Of a DNA stretch of 64,000 bases, positions 24,803 to 38,897 are shown one piece after another; within the stretch, counting starts at the first letter, position 1; the number at the start of each line of letters is the position of its first letter. The stretch comes from Octopus sinensis (lineage: Eukaryota): positions 18,290,001 through 18,354,000 of the forward strand of contig NC_042997.1 in the NCBI RefSeq assembly GCF_006345805.1, given 5' to 3'. A program made the translations under genes and the position numbers. The notes under the pieces are model-generated. The model was not told the DNA's origin. It did no database searches and was given only the letters and a program-made list of their open reading frames with translations.

Positions 24803-26612
24803 TGATAATAATTGTTGTTGGTACTGCTGTTGTTGTTATTATTGTTATAAATAATTAGCTGAATTTATTCCTTCCTCATACTTAGAAGCTCAATATGATA
24901 CTTGAAATTATGTACAAGGATGAAAGGTTATCTGCAGGTATTTTATTTGTAAAAAAATTGTTTCACAACATGAATATGGCAAGCATAATCCTTTAGTGGA
25001 GTTCCTTTTTAATATATGCATGATTTATATACATACATATAGATATCTCTATGTGCTTGTATGTGTGCATGCATGTGCATTACTTCAAGTAAAACTTTTC
25101 AGTAGATAACATTGTCAGGTATTGTTATTGTTTCTCCTAAATTTTCTGAATATTAACATAACAACTGATCATTGTTAATAAAATCTGCTTCATATTATAA
25201 TTCATAACATCCCTAGCTTGCTTTTGTCTCTAAAATATCTTGAATAATAATGATTCATCTGACAGACTTGTTAACTAAATGTCATTTTAAATATTATTGC
25301 TTTCTCGACATCCATAGTTTGACAACATCATATTGTTTTCTTGAAATTTATTTCCAATATATATAAACTTTATTGCATTGCATGTGTACATATATATATA
25401 TATGTGTGTGCATGTGTGTATGATTGTGTGTGTATATGTGTGTGTTTGTGTGTGTATATGTGTGTGTATGTGTATATGTGTGAGAACATATATATGTATA
25501 CATATGTTTTATATATATATACGATATAAGGTATATGATATATATACATGTGATACACACACATACATATACATGCACACACACATATATCATCACATAA
25601 GGTCCATCTTCCATGTATGTATGTGCATACACATTCATATAAGATTTTTTGAATGGCAGAAAAAGAACTCAATGCATAAGTCAGAGTATGTATAACGTCT
25701 TTTTAGTCATGAAGCAATATGAGTGACTCAAGGAACCCCTAAAGACTCATACAAAAGAAATTGTCAAAGTTTAATGCAAAACACTTGGCCTACCTTTGTG
25801 TTGCTATTGTAGCTTCACAGTGAATAATACACGCATGCATGCATCCACATTGATATATACACATAATAATAAATAGGTGCATATATTGATAGATAGGAAG
25901 ACAGGTAGATAAAAAGATAGATAAAAGTCACATAAAATGAAAGAACTAAGATAATGAGGAAGGCAAGAAACAAACAATAGATGAAGTTAGAAGGGAATCA
26001 AGTGGTTGAAAGGGACTTGAAATATGAAGTGAAACATCAATAATGGAAGGCATGCACAATCGAAATATATGTGCAAAAGGAGAAACAGAAGAGAACCTAA
26101 TGTTTCGTGTTATTGGAAGAAAGAAAAAGAAAAAAATGATGCAAGAGAAAAGGGAAACTGCTACCATATCAGCAATGTCTAGAGTAAAATGACAGTAAGG
26201 GAGTGGGATAGAAGGACCAGAATTGGAAATATAAACTGAGTCACAGTTAGAATATGTAGGGTGAGACAGAAAGCAAAAGAGAAAGTGAATAGATGGGGAG
26301 AAAGAGAGAAGGAAGGAAAATAGGAAAGTGGGAAGGGGAGAAGAAAAAAAAAGATGGAAAGAATGAAGGAGGGAGAGGACTAATGAAGAAAGGAAAGTTT
26401 GAAGAAGAGTGTGGTGTTCATGAGTGAGTCCAGTATATGTATATAGTGAAGATTAATTGAATATCCAAGGATTTATGTAGCTGTTAAATAGTACAAGATG
26501 TATGTCAATGAGTATAAAGTTCATGAAGCTAGGTGTGCTAATGCCATTTTTAAAGGGTTGTCAACCAACAAAGAAACATATATTTGATATATTTGCATGT
26601 CTTTAGTCTGTC

Positions 26613-27850
26613 TAAGGTGATGCCTCAGACAGAAAAATTTAAAGAGATATCGAATTGTTGGATCAGGCAATGAAAGTTACAGATAGTGTCATAGCTCAAC
26701 TAATTAGGAAGAGAGTTAGTTTAGATGAGATGCAGTTTGGTTTTGTGCCAAGGAGAAGCACCACTGGTGCTGTATGGTGCTGTGTTTCTGGTAAGGCAGG
26801 TGATGTACCTAGCCAAAAATAAACCTCTGTATTTGGCTTTTATTGGCATGGAGAAAGCCCTCAACAGAGTCCCATGCTCCCTTATCTGGAGGTCAATGTG
26901 AGATAGGTGAGTGGTTGGTGAGAGCTGTACATGCCATGTACAGAGATGTTGACCATAAGGTGAGTTAATTTAGCAAAAACCAAAGTCTTAGTATGTAGGA
27001 AAGAGGACAAATCACAAATCCTTTCAGATAGACAGCCCAGCTTCATAGGTAGAAAAATGTAAGTTGAAACTCCATAAGATGTACCTGGTGCAAGCCAAGG
27101 ACACACAAGAGGTGCAGCAAATCAGAGGAAGATTAACAGAGAAAATAATCTGTGTGGCAGGTGCACAGGTACAATAAACACTGCAAATGTACAGAAAATA
27201 GACTTCATCAAATGCCAGTGGGGATACCTAGATGTATATGTTGATAGCATTTGTTATCTAAGTGACCAAGTCAGCAGCAGAGGAGGATGCTCTGAGAGCA
27301 TTGCTGCTAGAATAAGAATAGGGTGGACAAAGTTCAGAGAGCTCCTACTTCTGTTGGTAACTAAGGGCCTCTCCCACAGAGTGAAAGGCCAATTGTATGA
27401 TGCCTGTGTGCAAACAGCCATGCTATGCAGTAGTAAAACATGGGTTGTGATCACTGAGTACATGAGTAGATTTCAAAGGAATGAAGTTGGTATGCTTCTA
27501 TATATGTGCAATGTCAATGTGCATGTTTGACAGAGTGTAAGCACTTTGAGAGAAAAGCTGGGTATAAGAGGCATCAGATGTGGTGTGCAAGGGAGACAAC
27601 TGCGCTGGTATGGCCATGTGATGTGTATGGATGAAGACAGCTGTATAAAGAAGTTCCAATGTCTAATTGTGGAGGGAACTTGTGGAAGAGGTAGACCCAG
27701 GAAGCTATGGGATGAGGTGGTGAAGCATGATTTTCAAATAGTTGGCACACAGAGGCTATGAAAAATGACTGAGACCTTTGGTAATGTGCTGTGTTTGAGA
27801 AGATTCATCAAGCCAAGCGAAATCATAGTCATGGTGGTTGTTGGTGTCAC
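26613..27850 (+). mobile_element. RTE LINE RT and C-terminal relic
   Basis: LDEMQFGFVPRRSTTGA; ARIRIGWTKFRELL; LRWYGHVM..GRGRPRKLWDEVVKHD; many indels. Confidence 0.9.
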
Positions 27851-27854
27851 ATAA

Positions 27855-28290
27855 TTGGTCTCTCACTCAACTGTGCCCCACACATAATAATCAAGGGGGT
27901 TGCAGTCTGGCCAGACATTGGGTCTGCAAGCGGCCACTCTCTTAACCTAGGGTAGCACTACCTCCTCCAGGCACTTGATGCTGGCCTCCATGTTGAGTTT
28001 GAGGCCATGTGGGAAAATGAATGGAGGCATAACATTGCCATCACCAGTGATCCCTCCAAACACCATGATATTGACTGGATGTTTAATTTTTATCACTCTC
28101 AGTACATGTCCTTAGATTGCACTGTGCTCAGATTGGCATGCAAACACTCTGAACTGTTCGTATTGGAGCTTCTGGCATGAATGCCAAGCAGTACGGCATG
28201 TTGTTTCCAAATTTCTGGCAGAGTGAATTGTGCCATGGTACTGTTTGTCTCACAGCCAGTGCCCAACTGATCCTACTATACTATGTAGTC
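27855..28290 (-). mobile_element. Second DD37D (maT-like) relic with two internal deletions
   Basis: [19 protein letters not shown]..| KHPVNIMVFGGITGDGNVMPPFIFPHGLKLN..| PDCNPLDYYVWGTVE. Confidence 0.85.
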
Positions 28291-28367
28291 GACAAAATCA
28301 AAAACAAACAATGCACATACATGAAATTAAAAATGTAAAATGGAGACAATTTACCCATTGTATCCTG

Positions 28368-28370
28368 TAC

Positions 28371-28468
<98 letters not shown>

Positions 28469-28485
28469 ATATATATATGTATATA

Positions 28486-28533
<48 letters not shown>
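28368..28533. repeat. (TA)n microsatellite
   Basis: Direct reading. Confidence 0.95.
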
Positions 28534-28537
<4 letters not shown>

Positions 28538-29351
28538 TTTTCATTTAGTTTTTGTGGTGTTTTATTTAAAGTAATTCAGCAATATGAAATGTATTGTAAT
28601 GGTAGAAGTGTACGATTAAATACTAACTGCTATGTATTAATGTGAATATACAGTTTATTTTGTCTCTATTATGTTGTTGTTTCAGTGTAGTTTTATTATT
28701 TCTATGCTTCATGTAGTCGTTATTTTATGTCTCATGGTTGCAAATCACCCTGACATTTCAATATCATATGGCATAGATGATAAAGAAAGTTGGAAGTTCA
28801 GTACAAGTACTATTCTATAAAGTATGAATATTACAACCTATTTCTCATTCTTTGAATACTGTAGAGTTTAGCGCCTGTAAAACAGAAATAAATATTTCAA
28901 TATTACCATATTTTTAATTTTTATTATAAGATTATAATCCTTCAATCAGAATGGAGATACATTCATTGCCAGGCTATTACAGCTGCATAATCACAATGGT
29001 TGTTTTCTTAGGAATCAAGAAATATCTAATAATATCAAATTGCAAAAAAATTTCCATTTTTTAATTAAGAACTGACCTGTAAATTCTCTTATTGACACAT
29101 TTCCTTCTCAAATATCAGTGACCTCTCTTGACCTCCTATCAAATAGTGACTTTTATTTTATCCTTACTAACCTGCATAAAGACCAAAAAGAAAAAGAAAA
29201 AAATGCCAGTGTTTGTCTTCTATATTCTTTGAGAAAATGGAAACAATATTAGACATTGAATCATATTATTCTGTCCTGACTCAAAAATTTTTTTCTAGAT
29301 AACTTTATAATGCTCCATACATTAAATACATTAACATGTCTTGAGTAAAAT

Positions 29352-29540
29352 CCTCCTCCTCCTCCTCCTCCTCCTCCTCCACCTCCTCCTCCTCCTCCAC
29401 CTCCTCCTCCTCCTCCATATCCTCCTCCTCCTCCTCACCACCACCACCACCACCACCACCACGACGACCATCATTATCGTCATCATCATTATCATTGTCA
29501 ACATCATCATTTTGTTGTCACCATCATCATCATCACCATC
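29352..29540. repeat. (CCT)n-(CCA)n-(CAT)n compound microsatellite
   Basis: Direct reading. Confidence 0.9.
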
Positions 29541-29619
29541 ACTGTTGCTACTGCTGCTGCTTAACTTGCTGCCATTGCCATCATAGCCATGGTTGTGCCA
29601 TCATATTTATGGTTGCTGT

Positions 29620-29870
29620 CATCATCATCATCAACGTCATCATTATTTAATGTCTTTTTCCATGTTGGCCTGAGTTAGATGGTTAGATAGGATCCAGCAA
29701 GCTACAAGTCTGTGATGAGCTCCAGTTTTGGCTTTTGCATCTTTGAAATGGCTGGATGTGTGTTCTAATGCCAACCACCATACAGTGTGTACTGGGAGCT
29801 TTTTGTGGCACCAGTACTAGTGAGGTTGCCAAGTAGGTTGCAAGACAAGAGAACATGAAGAGAACACTAA
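29620..29870 (-). mobile_element. Old RTE-type 3' terminus; probably continues beyond the SINE to ~30850
   Basis: catcat tail, ttttccatgttggc, ggctggatg..ctaatgccaaccac. Confidence 0.65.
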
Positions 29871-30100
29871 GGTGGTGGGCTGGCAGAAACGTTAGCATGC
29901 CGGGCAAAATGCTTAGTGGTATTTTGTCTGCTGTTACGTTTTGAGTTCAAATTTTGCCGAGGTCGAGTTTGCCTTTCATCATCGGGTTCGATAAATTAAG
30001 TACCAGTTACGCACTGGGGTCGATGTAATCGACTTAATCCCCTTGTCTGTCCTTGTTTGTCCCCTCTATGTTTAGTCCCTTATGGGCAATAAAAAAATAA
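29871..30100 (+). mobile_element. SINE family A (tail type 1)
   Basis: Full head, centre and tail match other copies. Confidence 0.9.
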
Positions 30101-31239
30101 GAAGAGAGCATGAAAGAGAGAAATCCCTCATGACTAAATGATAGTAAAGATATGTTAGGAAAGGAAAGTTGGCTTTATGCCAGGTGCTGAAAAAAACTAA
30201 AGTATAATAGAGGGACAAGCACAAGTATCTTGCTAAAGATACATGGCTAACTAGCATTTTATAAAGGTAAGTCATAGTAACTGGGAAGCAAATGAAGAAG
30301 ATGAAAAAGAAAGATGGTAGCGATGATATGCTTGAGCAAACTCTCTTGGTAACAACTGAGTATAAGAGAAAATAGGAGCAGGAGGCAGGTGGGAGGGGAA
30401 GGGGGTAGTTTCATACAAATATAAGGCCAGAGTGATACATGGTTAGAGGAAAGGGCAAAGGTGGATGTATTGAATAATGTGCAAGAGTGAAGGAGCAGTT
30501 GGTGGAAAATAGCAGAGTGATGAGGGGGTAAAGTGAGAGAGATAGTGATGGCCCAGGAAAGGGGATAGATCATAATATAACAGGATGATGTACAAAGTGT
30601 AGAAGTGTGAGAGAGGCAGATGTGGTGGCACATAAGGACGTGTATAGTGAATGAGGCATGATGGTGGGTATCAGGGGGTTTTGAGTACGGTAGCAGTTAT
30701 GTGAGGTGATAAGATGTATGATAGAAATGAGAGCTGTTCGGAGGTACAGAAAGGAGTTCAGTGAAAGTATAGAGAGACTGAGAAAAATGATGGAAGGTTC
30801 CAGTGGAGGAGGAAATAACTAGTCAAAGAAAGTTGTGGGAAGTGTAATATGCATTGATTCTGCTCCAAAGTGATTTCAACCACTATGTAGTGCCATAGAT
30901 AGAAGAATGATGGGGGAAGCTAGGAGAATGAGACATTTCACTATCTAGGTAAAGAAGAAATAAGGAGATTATCTCTGAGCAGCTAACTTTTAAAAAGTCC
31001 TTGTATGCTGTCATACAGTGAAGTACTGTCATTATATTTGTGTTGATAAAAATAATTATTGGCTGCCTAATTTGTAGTCAAAGAAATCCCTTTCTCCATT
31101 TAACTTATTCCATTCGTAATCTACGCTCAGATCTTGACCAATTCTTGAGCTCAATCTTCATTAATTTTTCTGTCATAAACTCATTGAGTCTACTATCACT
31201 TTTAACTTCTATATAGCTATCATTAGAATCTTCAAACAA

Positions 31240-31465
31240 ATATTGGTGTCAAATTTTGGCACAAGGCCAATAATTTCTTGTGAGGTGGGTAAGTGGATTA
31301 CATCGACCTCAGTGCTTGACTGGTACTTATGTTATCAATTCCATAAGGATTAAAAGCAAAAGTGACCTTGGTGAAATTTGAGCTCAGAATATAAAGGTGG
31401 ACGAAATGCTGCTAAGCCTTTTGTCCAGCATACTAACAATTCTGCCAGCTTGCTGTCTTATCCTT
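31240..31465 (-). mobile_element. SINE family A, tail type 2
   Basis: ggcacaaggcc..acatcgacctcagtgc..ggtacttat..gaaatttgagctcagaa..ctgccagcttgc. Confidence 0.75.
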
Positions 31466-32571
31466 CAAACAAATATTAACTGTTTGGACAACAAAATGTA
31501 CTGAACACATGCTGACTACCACACTGTGCTTGGTATAATCAGCCACTGCTTGACCGTGTATCATGTGGCCCTAGACTAGACTGGAACTAACAAAGGTGTT
31601 GGACTTTAGAGATTTATCAAAGTATTCAGTCAGTGGCTTAATACAAACAGACATGTCACTGCTCCACCCGCCCAAAAGTATTTTCATTTCTACAAGGTTT
31701 CTTTCTTAAACCCCACACCAAACATTGATTGTAATTCTCCAGTTCTGAGTACTGCCTCATTACAGAAATTCCTTTAGTTTCAGACATTCTTTCCAAACTT
31801 TCAAACTCTAGAATACATCTCAAACATTCCTCTCACCATTCAATGAGATATGAGTCAATTCTTTTCCATATCCAATATAACAATACACACAAAATATAAA
31901 AATAAATTGTACATATATCCATAATATTTGCGCATATATTCCCACATACATCCATATATTGACTTCTAATTACTCAACCAGTTGCTTTATGTATCTTAAT
32001 ATTCTAAACATTTCTATTTATGTAACATTATCTCCCTTGAGACAGAGAACTTATCTGTTGTTTGGAGATTCTCATCGATACAATTCATGGATTTTGCAGA
32101 AAGAATGTGTGTTTTGTCTGTTAGGCCAGGTCAAACACTTGAAGGGAGAATACATTTCAAAAGCCAAGATAAATATAAAATAAGTAAACAGTGAAATGTT
32201 GTCTCTATATTTTGGAAAACATTCAAAACAAGATATAATGAAAATACAGATATTGTTCAGTATTAATGATTTGTTATATAAATATACAATTTCAGATTTA
32301 TGAGGTTGAAAAATATAAGTTCTGATGTTCAAGCCTCTCTCAAAAGCAGTTGTATCTTAAGTGAATTTCAGCTTGGAATCGTTATTAGTTTTGGATGGTA
32401 GACTTAATTTGCTGCCTGTATTAACTATCTGACCCTTGAGTGCTGTTTGCAAAGTTCATATTTTTGCTAGCACTTCAGTTAAGTTACCATTTCAAGGTTA
32501 ACCTCTTCAAGTCAGTGTTGAAGGCCTCGAAAGAGATTATGGATGCTGCTCTTCATCCTGTAACTAAACTT

Positions 32572-32925
32572 TATCTTTTATCTTTTACTTGATTGTGGTC
32601 ATACTGGGACCTCCAGTAGTTTTTTTCTTATTTAAGCCTGGTATTTATTCTATTGAATACTTGCTAAACTGCTAAGTAATGGGGATGTAAACAAACCAAC
32701 TCCAGTTGTCAAGTGGTGGTAGGGGACAAGCACTGACACCAAGACACAAATACACACTCACACGTTTATACAGAAAGGGCTTCTTTCAGTGTCCATCTAC
32801 CAAATCTACTCACAAGGGTTTGGTCAGCTAGGGACAATAGTAGAAGACACTTGCTCAACGTACCATACAGTGAGATTGAACTCAGAACCTTGTGGTTAGG
32901 AAGCAAGCTTCTTACCACACAGCCA
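32572..32925 (-). mobile_element. SINE family B, diverged
   Basis: Reverse complement similarity to 11936-12345. Confidence 0.8.
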
Positions 32926-33582
32926 TTATTTTTAATTGAAAATGGACCATCATTATTGTTTATGTTTACACTGATTTCTTTGACTAAGTAGAATTTCACT
33001 TGATAAGTTGATAGTCAAAAGTCAATATCATAGATGAATAGATACTACTGGTGCTTTTATCAAATTCTTGAGAGATAAAACAAAGTTAAGTTATTTTCAG
33101 TTTAAATCTAGAAGAGTAAATATCAGTATATCATGCTTTTCTTGCATCTGCAACTTTATCATCACCACCCAATGATATATGATAATGAAATATAAAATCC
33201 TAATAATTTTACATGGGGAGGTAATTACCATTTATGTATATTTTCACTGCAGGCATTACATTATGCACTTGAACAAGCTACTAAATTTCACTTACTTTAA
33301 TTTATTTGAAAGCTATACATTTAAAGGAAATATTCTTCAGAGCTTAATTTCTGACTAAGAATAGATATGTTTTACAATTTACAATATAGTAGAGTCACAT
33401 TAGTTATTTAGAATCACATATATTTTTGCAAAACTTGCTCTTTCATTTTAATTCTTTCTTATACATTATGAAAAATTACATGGAAGAAATTGTAGAACTT
33501 TTGACAAAATACTTATGACATTCTGTTACTCTACTTATTCAAGAAAAATGCATTTTCCAGAATAATCTAAATTTGCTACCAT

Positions 33583-33637
33583 GATTGATTGATTGATTCT
33601 AGTTTCAGCTCATGAGCTGTAGCCATGCTGGGGCACT
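33583..33637 (-). mobile_element. CR1-like 3' terminus only (~55 bp)
   Basis: Reverse complement gtgccccagcatggctacagctcatgagctgaaactagaatcaatc matches 9539-9596. Confidence 0.8.
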
Positions 33638-34424
33638 AATTTTTACACCCAAATATGATGTTACTGCTAAATTTTAATCTTAGTGTTTTGTATTAAATTC
33701 ATTGTATTATACAGAAATAAATACAACACTTTTCTCTATGTTTTAAGTTCAAATCCTGCTAAAGGTGACTTTGATTTTCTGTGGTTGATAAAATAAGCAT
33801 TGAGCATTCACAGGAATCAATTCATTTGACTATACTTCCTGCCACAAAGTTTCTGGCCTTTTGTCAATGTTATGAATCGTTATTTTTTTCCAATAGTACA
33901 TATTTTTAAGTATGAATGTAGTTTGTCGTACATTTACAATCTAGTCATTGATACTCTATTTCTGTATATCTCAGATGCAGGAAAATGGAATATAAGTGAA
34001 CAGGTCATAAATATAGGACAAAAGACTATGCTACATAATAATATATACTTTTGTAAGAATAATAAAGCAAAAGTGAATACAAATAGAGCTAGCTGTATTG
34101 TATAACTCCTTACTATTCTATTACTTAATCAGAAAAATATTTGACCTGATATTAACCAAAAAGTTAATGAACGAAAAGAAAAGTAAAAATCTTCTTTATA
34201 TATAGAGTTGTTTTTTTTTCAATGCTATTATAACACCAATATCTAAAAGAAATTGTGTTATTATAAACCTACGTATGTGAACCTATGTCATTTTCATTAC
34301 ATTTTTCCTATAACTGCTTCTGTTTTTCATATAGCCTGATACATTTTATTTTATTTTGTATAACTGATTTCAGTTTTTGTATCTCTCATAGAGCACATGT
34401 AGATATATCTTCCTCCCCTCCCCT

Positions 34425-34700
34425 CCTCCTCATCATCATTTAACGTCTGTTTTCCATGCTAGCATAGGTTGGTTGGTTTGACAAGAACTGGCAAGCCAGA
34501 GAACTGTACCTAGCTCTATTGTCTGTTTTGTCATGTTTTTTATGGCTGGATGCCCTTCCTAACACCAACTACTTTACAGAGTGTACTGGGTGATTTTTCG
34601 TGGCACCAGCACTGGTAGGGTCACCAAGTACCTTGCAAGACAACATACCTTCGACTGAAGGGAGTAGTATTGAGTGAGATAGCTTTGTGCCAGTTGCTAA
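34425..34700 (-). mobile_element. RTE-type 3' terminus fragment
   Basis: catcatcatttaacgtc..ccatgctagc..ggctggatgcccttcctaac. Confidence 0.75.
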
Positions 34701-35949
34701 GAGGTTAAAAGAATAATTGAGGGAAAGAAATAGGTCTTTCTGTAAAATAGATACAAAGTTATACCAGTTGGTAAAAAAAGAAGGAAAAAATACTTAGAGA
34801 GAAAGATAGAGATGGTGATAGATATGTATCAGGATATCCCCTCAAGGTGCAGTGAATATAAGTGAAGTGATACAAAGGATTACACTGGATGGGTGGAAAT
34901 CCACTGGATGAGTGGGCAGAGAGGGACAGCCGGGAAAGTTTTATATGAATGTGAGGAGAGATGGTGAGAGATGGGATAGTAGTAGCTGTAGCAATTGGTT
35001 GTGAGAGATATAGGAGAGGTTATGTTATATATGTGGCGGCATTGGGAGTGACAGCAGATAAAAGAGGTGTTATGAAATAAGTTAAAGAATAAACGAATAA
35101 TCAGCAAAAATGTTGATGATTATCTGAAAGCATATACAAAACTAACATTTTATATGCTTATAATCATTCTGTCAGGCTCACGCTTTACAGGTCTTCATTT
35201 TAAACTCTTCTTTCATTTACTTCTAACACAGCCATTCTTCTCTGCTACACATAATTTTGATATAGTAGCTCTATGTACTAGAATTAGCAGCCAACTCTTC
35301 TTCAAACCACACCCTCTCATCTTCAAATTATTACTTTAATTGCTGGATATCTTTCTTAACTCACTATTACTCAGTTTGTCTCTTAATGCATGTTTAATAA
35401 GTCTTTATTTATTTGGTCCTTTCTAGTTTCTGCAAGTTCCCTTGCTTTTTACAAAATGATTCATCTCTATAAATCTCCATAAGACACCTTTCATACAATC
35501 TGCATTTTGTATAAAGATCCTTCTTTTGTTGCTAATAGAATAACTCTCTGAGTCATCCCACCTGTTCCTTCTCAACAAGAAAGAATATCAACAAAATAAC
35601 GAAATTTATCTAAACATCTCATGAGCCATCAGGGCAGGACATTGTTTTTGTTTTGTAAGCCTAGGTTTCTTATGCATATATTCATGCCAATATATCTAGT
35701 ACCTCATAATTTCCCATTCTCTCTCTGCTTACTGGCAATATAACAAAACATTTGCGCACTGATTGATTTTATTGACAACACAATCTTGAAATCCTGCCTT
35801 CTTCCTTCCTGTACACTCAGTAAAATAATCTCCATGATACTAAAAGCTCCTGCTAGCAACAAATACATTATTCTTTATTATTTTTACCTCCAGAGATATT
35901 TTTATGCAGCACTGTAGCTGTTATGGTTCCATTATTATTATTATTATTA

Positions 35950-36020
<71 letters not shown>

Positions 36021-36023
<3 letters not shown>

Positions 36024-36509
36024 TAGTTTTATTTTTTATAGCGCGCTTTCACTTCACTACCGAGCGCAGCTCTGTGTGCCTTAGGTATGTGCTGTGATTT
36101 GTTGTGATGCTCTGATGGTTATTGTATGGAAAGTGTTCTGCGTAGGATGTGTGCAGTGTCTAGTAGTGCAATTTTCTGTATGTTATATGTGTTTGTAAGT
36201 CCTGGTGTTTTTGTTATGTATTTGTCTGAATATTTTTTTATCATGCCTAATGCACCTACTATGATAGGAATTGTTTCTGTTTTTAGATTCCACATTCTGT
36301 TTACCTCTATTTCCAGGTCTTTGTATTTTGAAAGTTTCTCCATTTCTTTTAGAGACATGTTGTCATCAGCCAGTATTGATACATCAATTAGAAAGCATTT
36401 TTTTTCTTCATGATCTCTGACAACTATATCTGGTCTGTTGGCCTTAATTTCTCTATCTGTGTGTATCGGCATATCCCAGAGTATGGTTGCTTTCTCGTTT
36501 TCTGTGACC

Positions 36510-36510
<1 letters not shown>
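36021..36510 (-). mobile_element. Young 5'-truncated R4/Dong-like element with open RLE endonuclease frame, inserted in (TAA)n
   Basis: KATILWDMPIHTDREIKANRPDIVVRD..FLIDVSI..KLSKYKDLEIE..IPIIVGALG..QKIALLDTAHILRRTLSIQ*; (ATT)n at 35931-36020 and 36510-36582. Confidence 0.92.
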
Positions 36511-36583
<73 letters not shown>

Positions 36584-38897
36584 TTGCAATTCAAATTCAT
36601 GGTGTACAACAGTGTCTACAGATACCTAGTAGTCTGTGAGCATAAAAGAGAGCCGAGTTTGGGACTTTGGTAGAAACTCAGTTGTTCCTTAAGCTTTTCA
36701 CTGTAATAGGTTATAGGAGAAAGAGTAAACTTCCCTCTCAAGTCATATAAAGTCATAGGGCTGGTTTCCCAGTTTCTGTGGTGTATATATTTCCTGTGGA
36801 TGGGATGCCAGTCCATTGCAGGTGATAATTAGTAAAATCTTAGTTTTCTGTATATGACATGAATAGCTCTTGTAAGTAATTCAGTCTCCACCCTTAACTT
36901 TTATTTTAATATATAAGTTCTTTCTTAGAAAGTTTATGTAGTCTGACAAACTAAAGTTATGGTTAACTTTGTCCATAAACATATATATTCTCATTTATTG
37001 ATTATCATGATTATCTTAATTCTTACCATAACCTGATAATGGAAAAACTTTTTGCAAATACCTCTACAAAGTTCATTAATTATTCATAGTATTTTTAAAT
37101 AATTTTTTATATCTTGATGCATATCATTTATTTTACCTTCGGCTTAAAAAAGGCCACAATTTACCCCAAACAGGGTGTTTCATATTCAAATTGTAATGGA
37201 GAAACGAGTTTTATCACGTCAAAACTTCTTATTTACAACTCAGTTAAGGAGGGAGCACAGGCTGTTTTTAAAGAAGTCTTCTTCTAGAACTAGCATAAGT
37301 ATATTACCAAACTTTTATCCTGATATCGTTGAAACTTTAGGCTATAAGCCATCTAACTACTAACTCAAAAATACAATAAGTCTGATATGATATCATTGCT
37401 TCATTACCAAATCAATGTGTCAATTAAGTACTTACATTCTTTACCCAAAGAATAAGAATATTGAAGTAGACAAAATCAGTATCTAGGCCCTAGGCTCTAT
37501 TATATGCTATAAGCAAGTATCAATTCTGACAGCTGCACCAGCATGGTGTGCTATCTAGAAAATGCTTGGGACAAATTTAATGTAAGTTCACTTGCACTAA
37601 TACTTTACTGTGTCCAGTAAATGAAATATCTTTATTAAATTCTATGATAACTCTAAAAAATGTTATAACAATGTTCAAATTCTTCTCTCCAAATTAAAAT
37701 TACCAAATAAGTTGGGAAATTATTGGGATATACATGTCAGGAAAAAAACATTCCATCTAACGAAGAGTATTGGGTTCATAATACAGGATACTTAGCTTCA
37801 CAGTTGAGTAAGTCACCATAACTACAAATGATTTCCCAATACATATTGTCAGTTAATTTCTAATGAGTTTAGAATTTATGCTTATCTCCCCTGACCTTCT
37901 GTATAAGAACTGCCATTAACACAAATGATATTTTCTTTTCATTACAAGTGTAATGCAGTACTATTTTTGGCTGACTCTGCCTTTCATCCTTTTGAGGCTG
38001 ATAAAATAAGTGCCAGTTCCATACTGGGGCTGATGTAATTGATTTACCCATCTCCTCAAAATTGCTAACCTTGTACCAAAACTTAGAAAATTTTTCATTA
38101 TTATTATTCTTTGGGTTACTACATCAAGCATATAATTGTGCAGAAGATTCGTTTGACATATCAACAAGAAGAAATGACTGCTACTATGAATGATAATAAT
38201 GAAAATAAGGAGGATGAGGAGGATAAGAAGGACGAGGAGGATAAGGAAGATGAGGTTGAGGAAAAATATATATGGGGATAAAATTGTGTCTAAATTAGAG
38301 GAAAATATAACATTAGATTCATAAAGAGCATCAAGCAAATTCTACATGTTTATAAGAACCATAAAAGTTATAAGATCCAGTTTAAAGAATTTTTAGATTT
38401 ATAAAACCCTAAGAAAGGAACGAATAAAAATTTCCATTTTTCACTCAAGCAAAATAAAATTCTGAAAAATTAACTCATCCCCTCCCGTTTCATCTGTTCA
38501 AGTGTAATCATTTAATTCTTGACAGGTGTCTTCATAGACGTTATGCAACAGGAGAACAGTAATGATGTAAATGATGCTGATGATTACGATGATGACAACA
38601 ATGATGGTGATGATGAAGATGGAGATGATGGAAACAAAACTGATCAGAATGAATATATAAAAAACAAAAACAATTGCTTGAGCATCAAGAATTCAATGGC
38701 AGTTAAAATTTGATTCAACGGTTTTTAAAATTGAAATCTAGATCATTTTGCAGCATTTTTCTAGCAAAATATCTCACCAATGTTTACAATTTACTCAGTC
38801 TTCTCTCTTCCAAATAACAGCTTTGGAAACTTACATATCCACATAAGCATATAGAGAGTGAATATTGATTTTTATCTATGGTATCAATATACACCAA

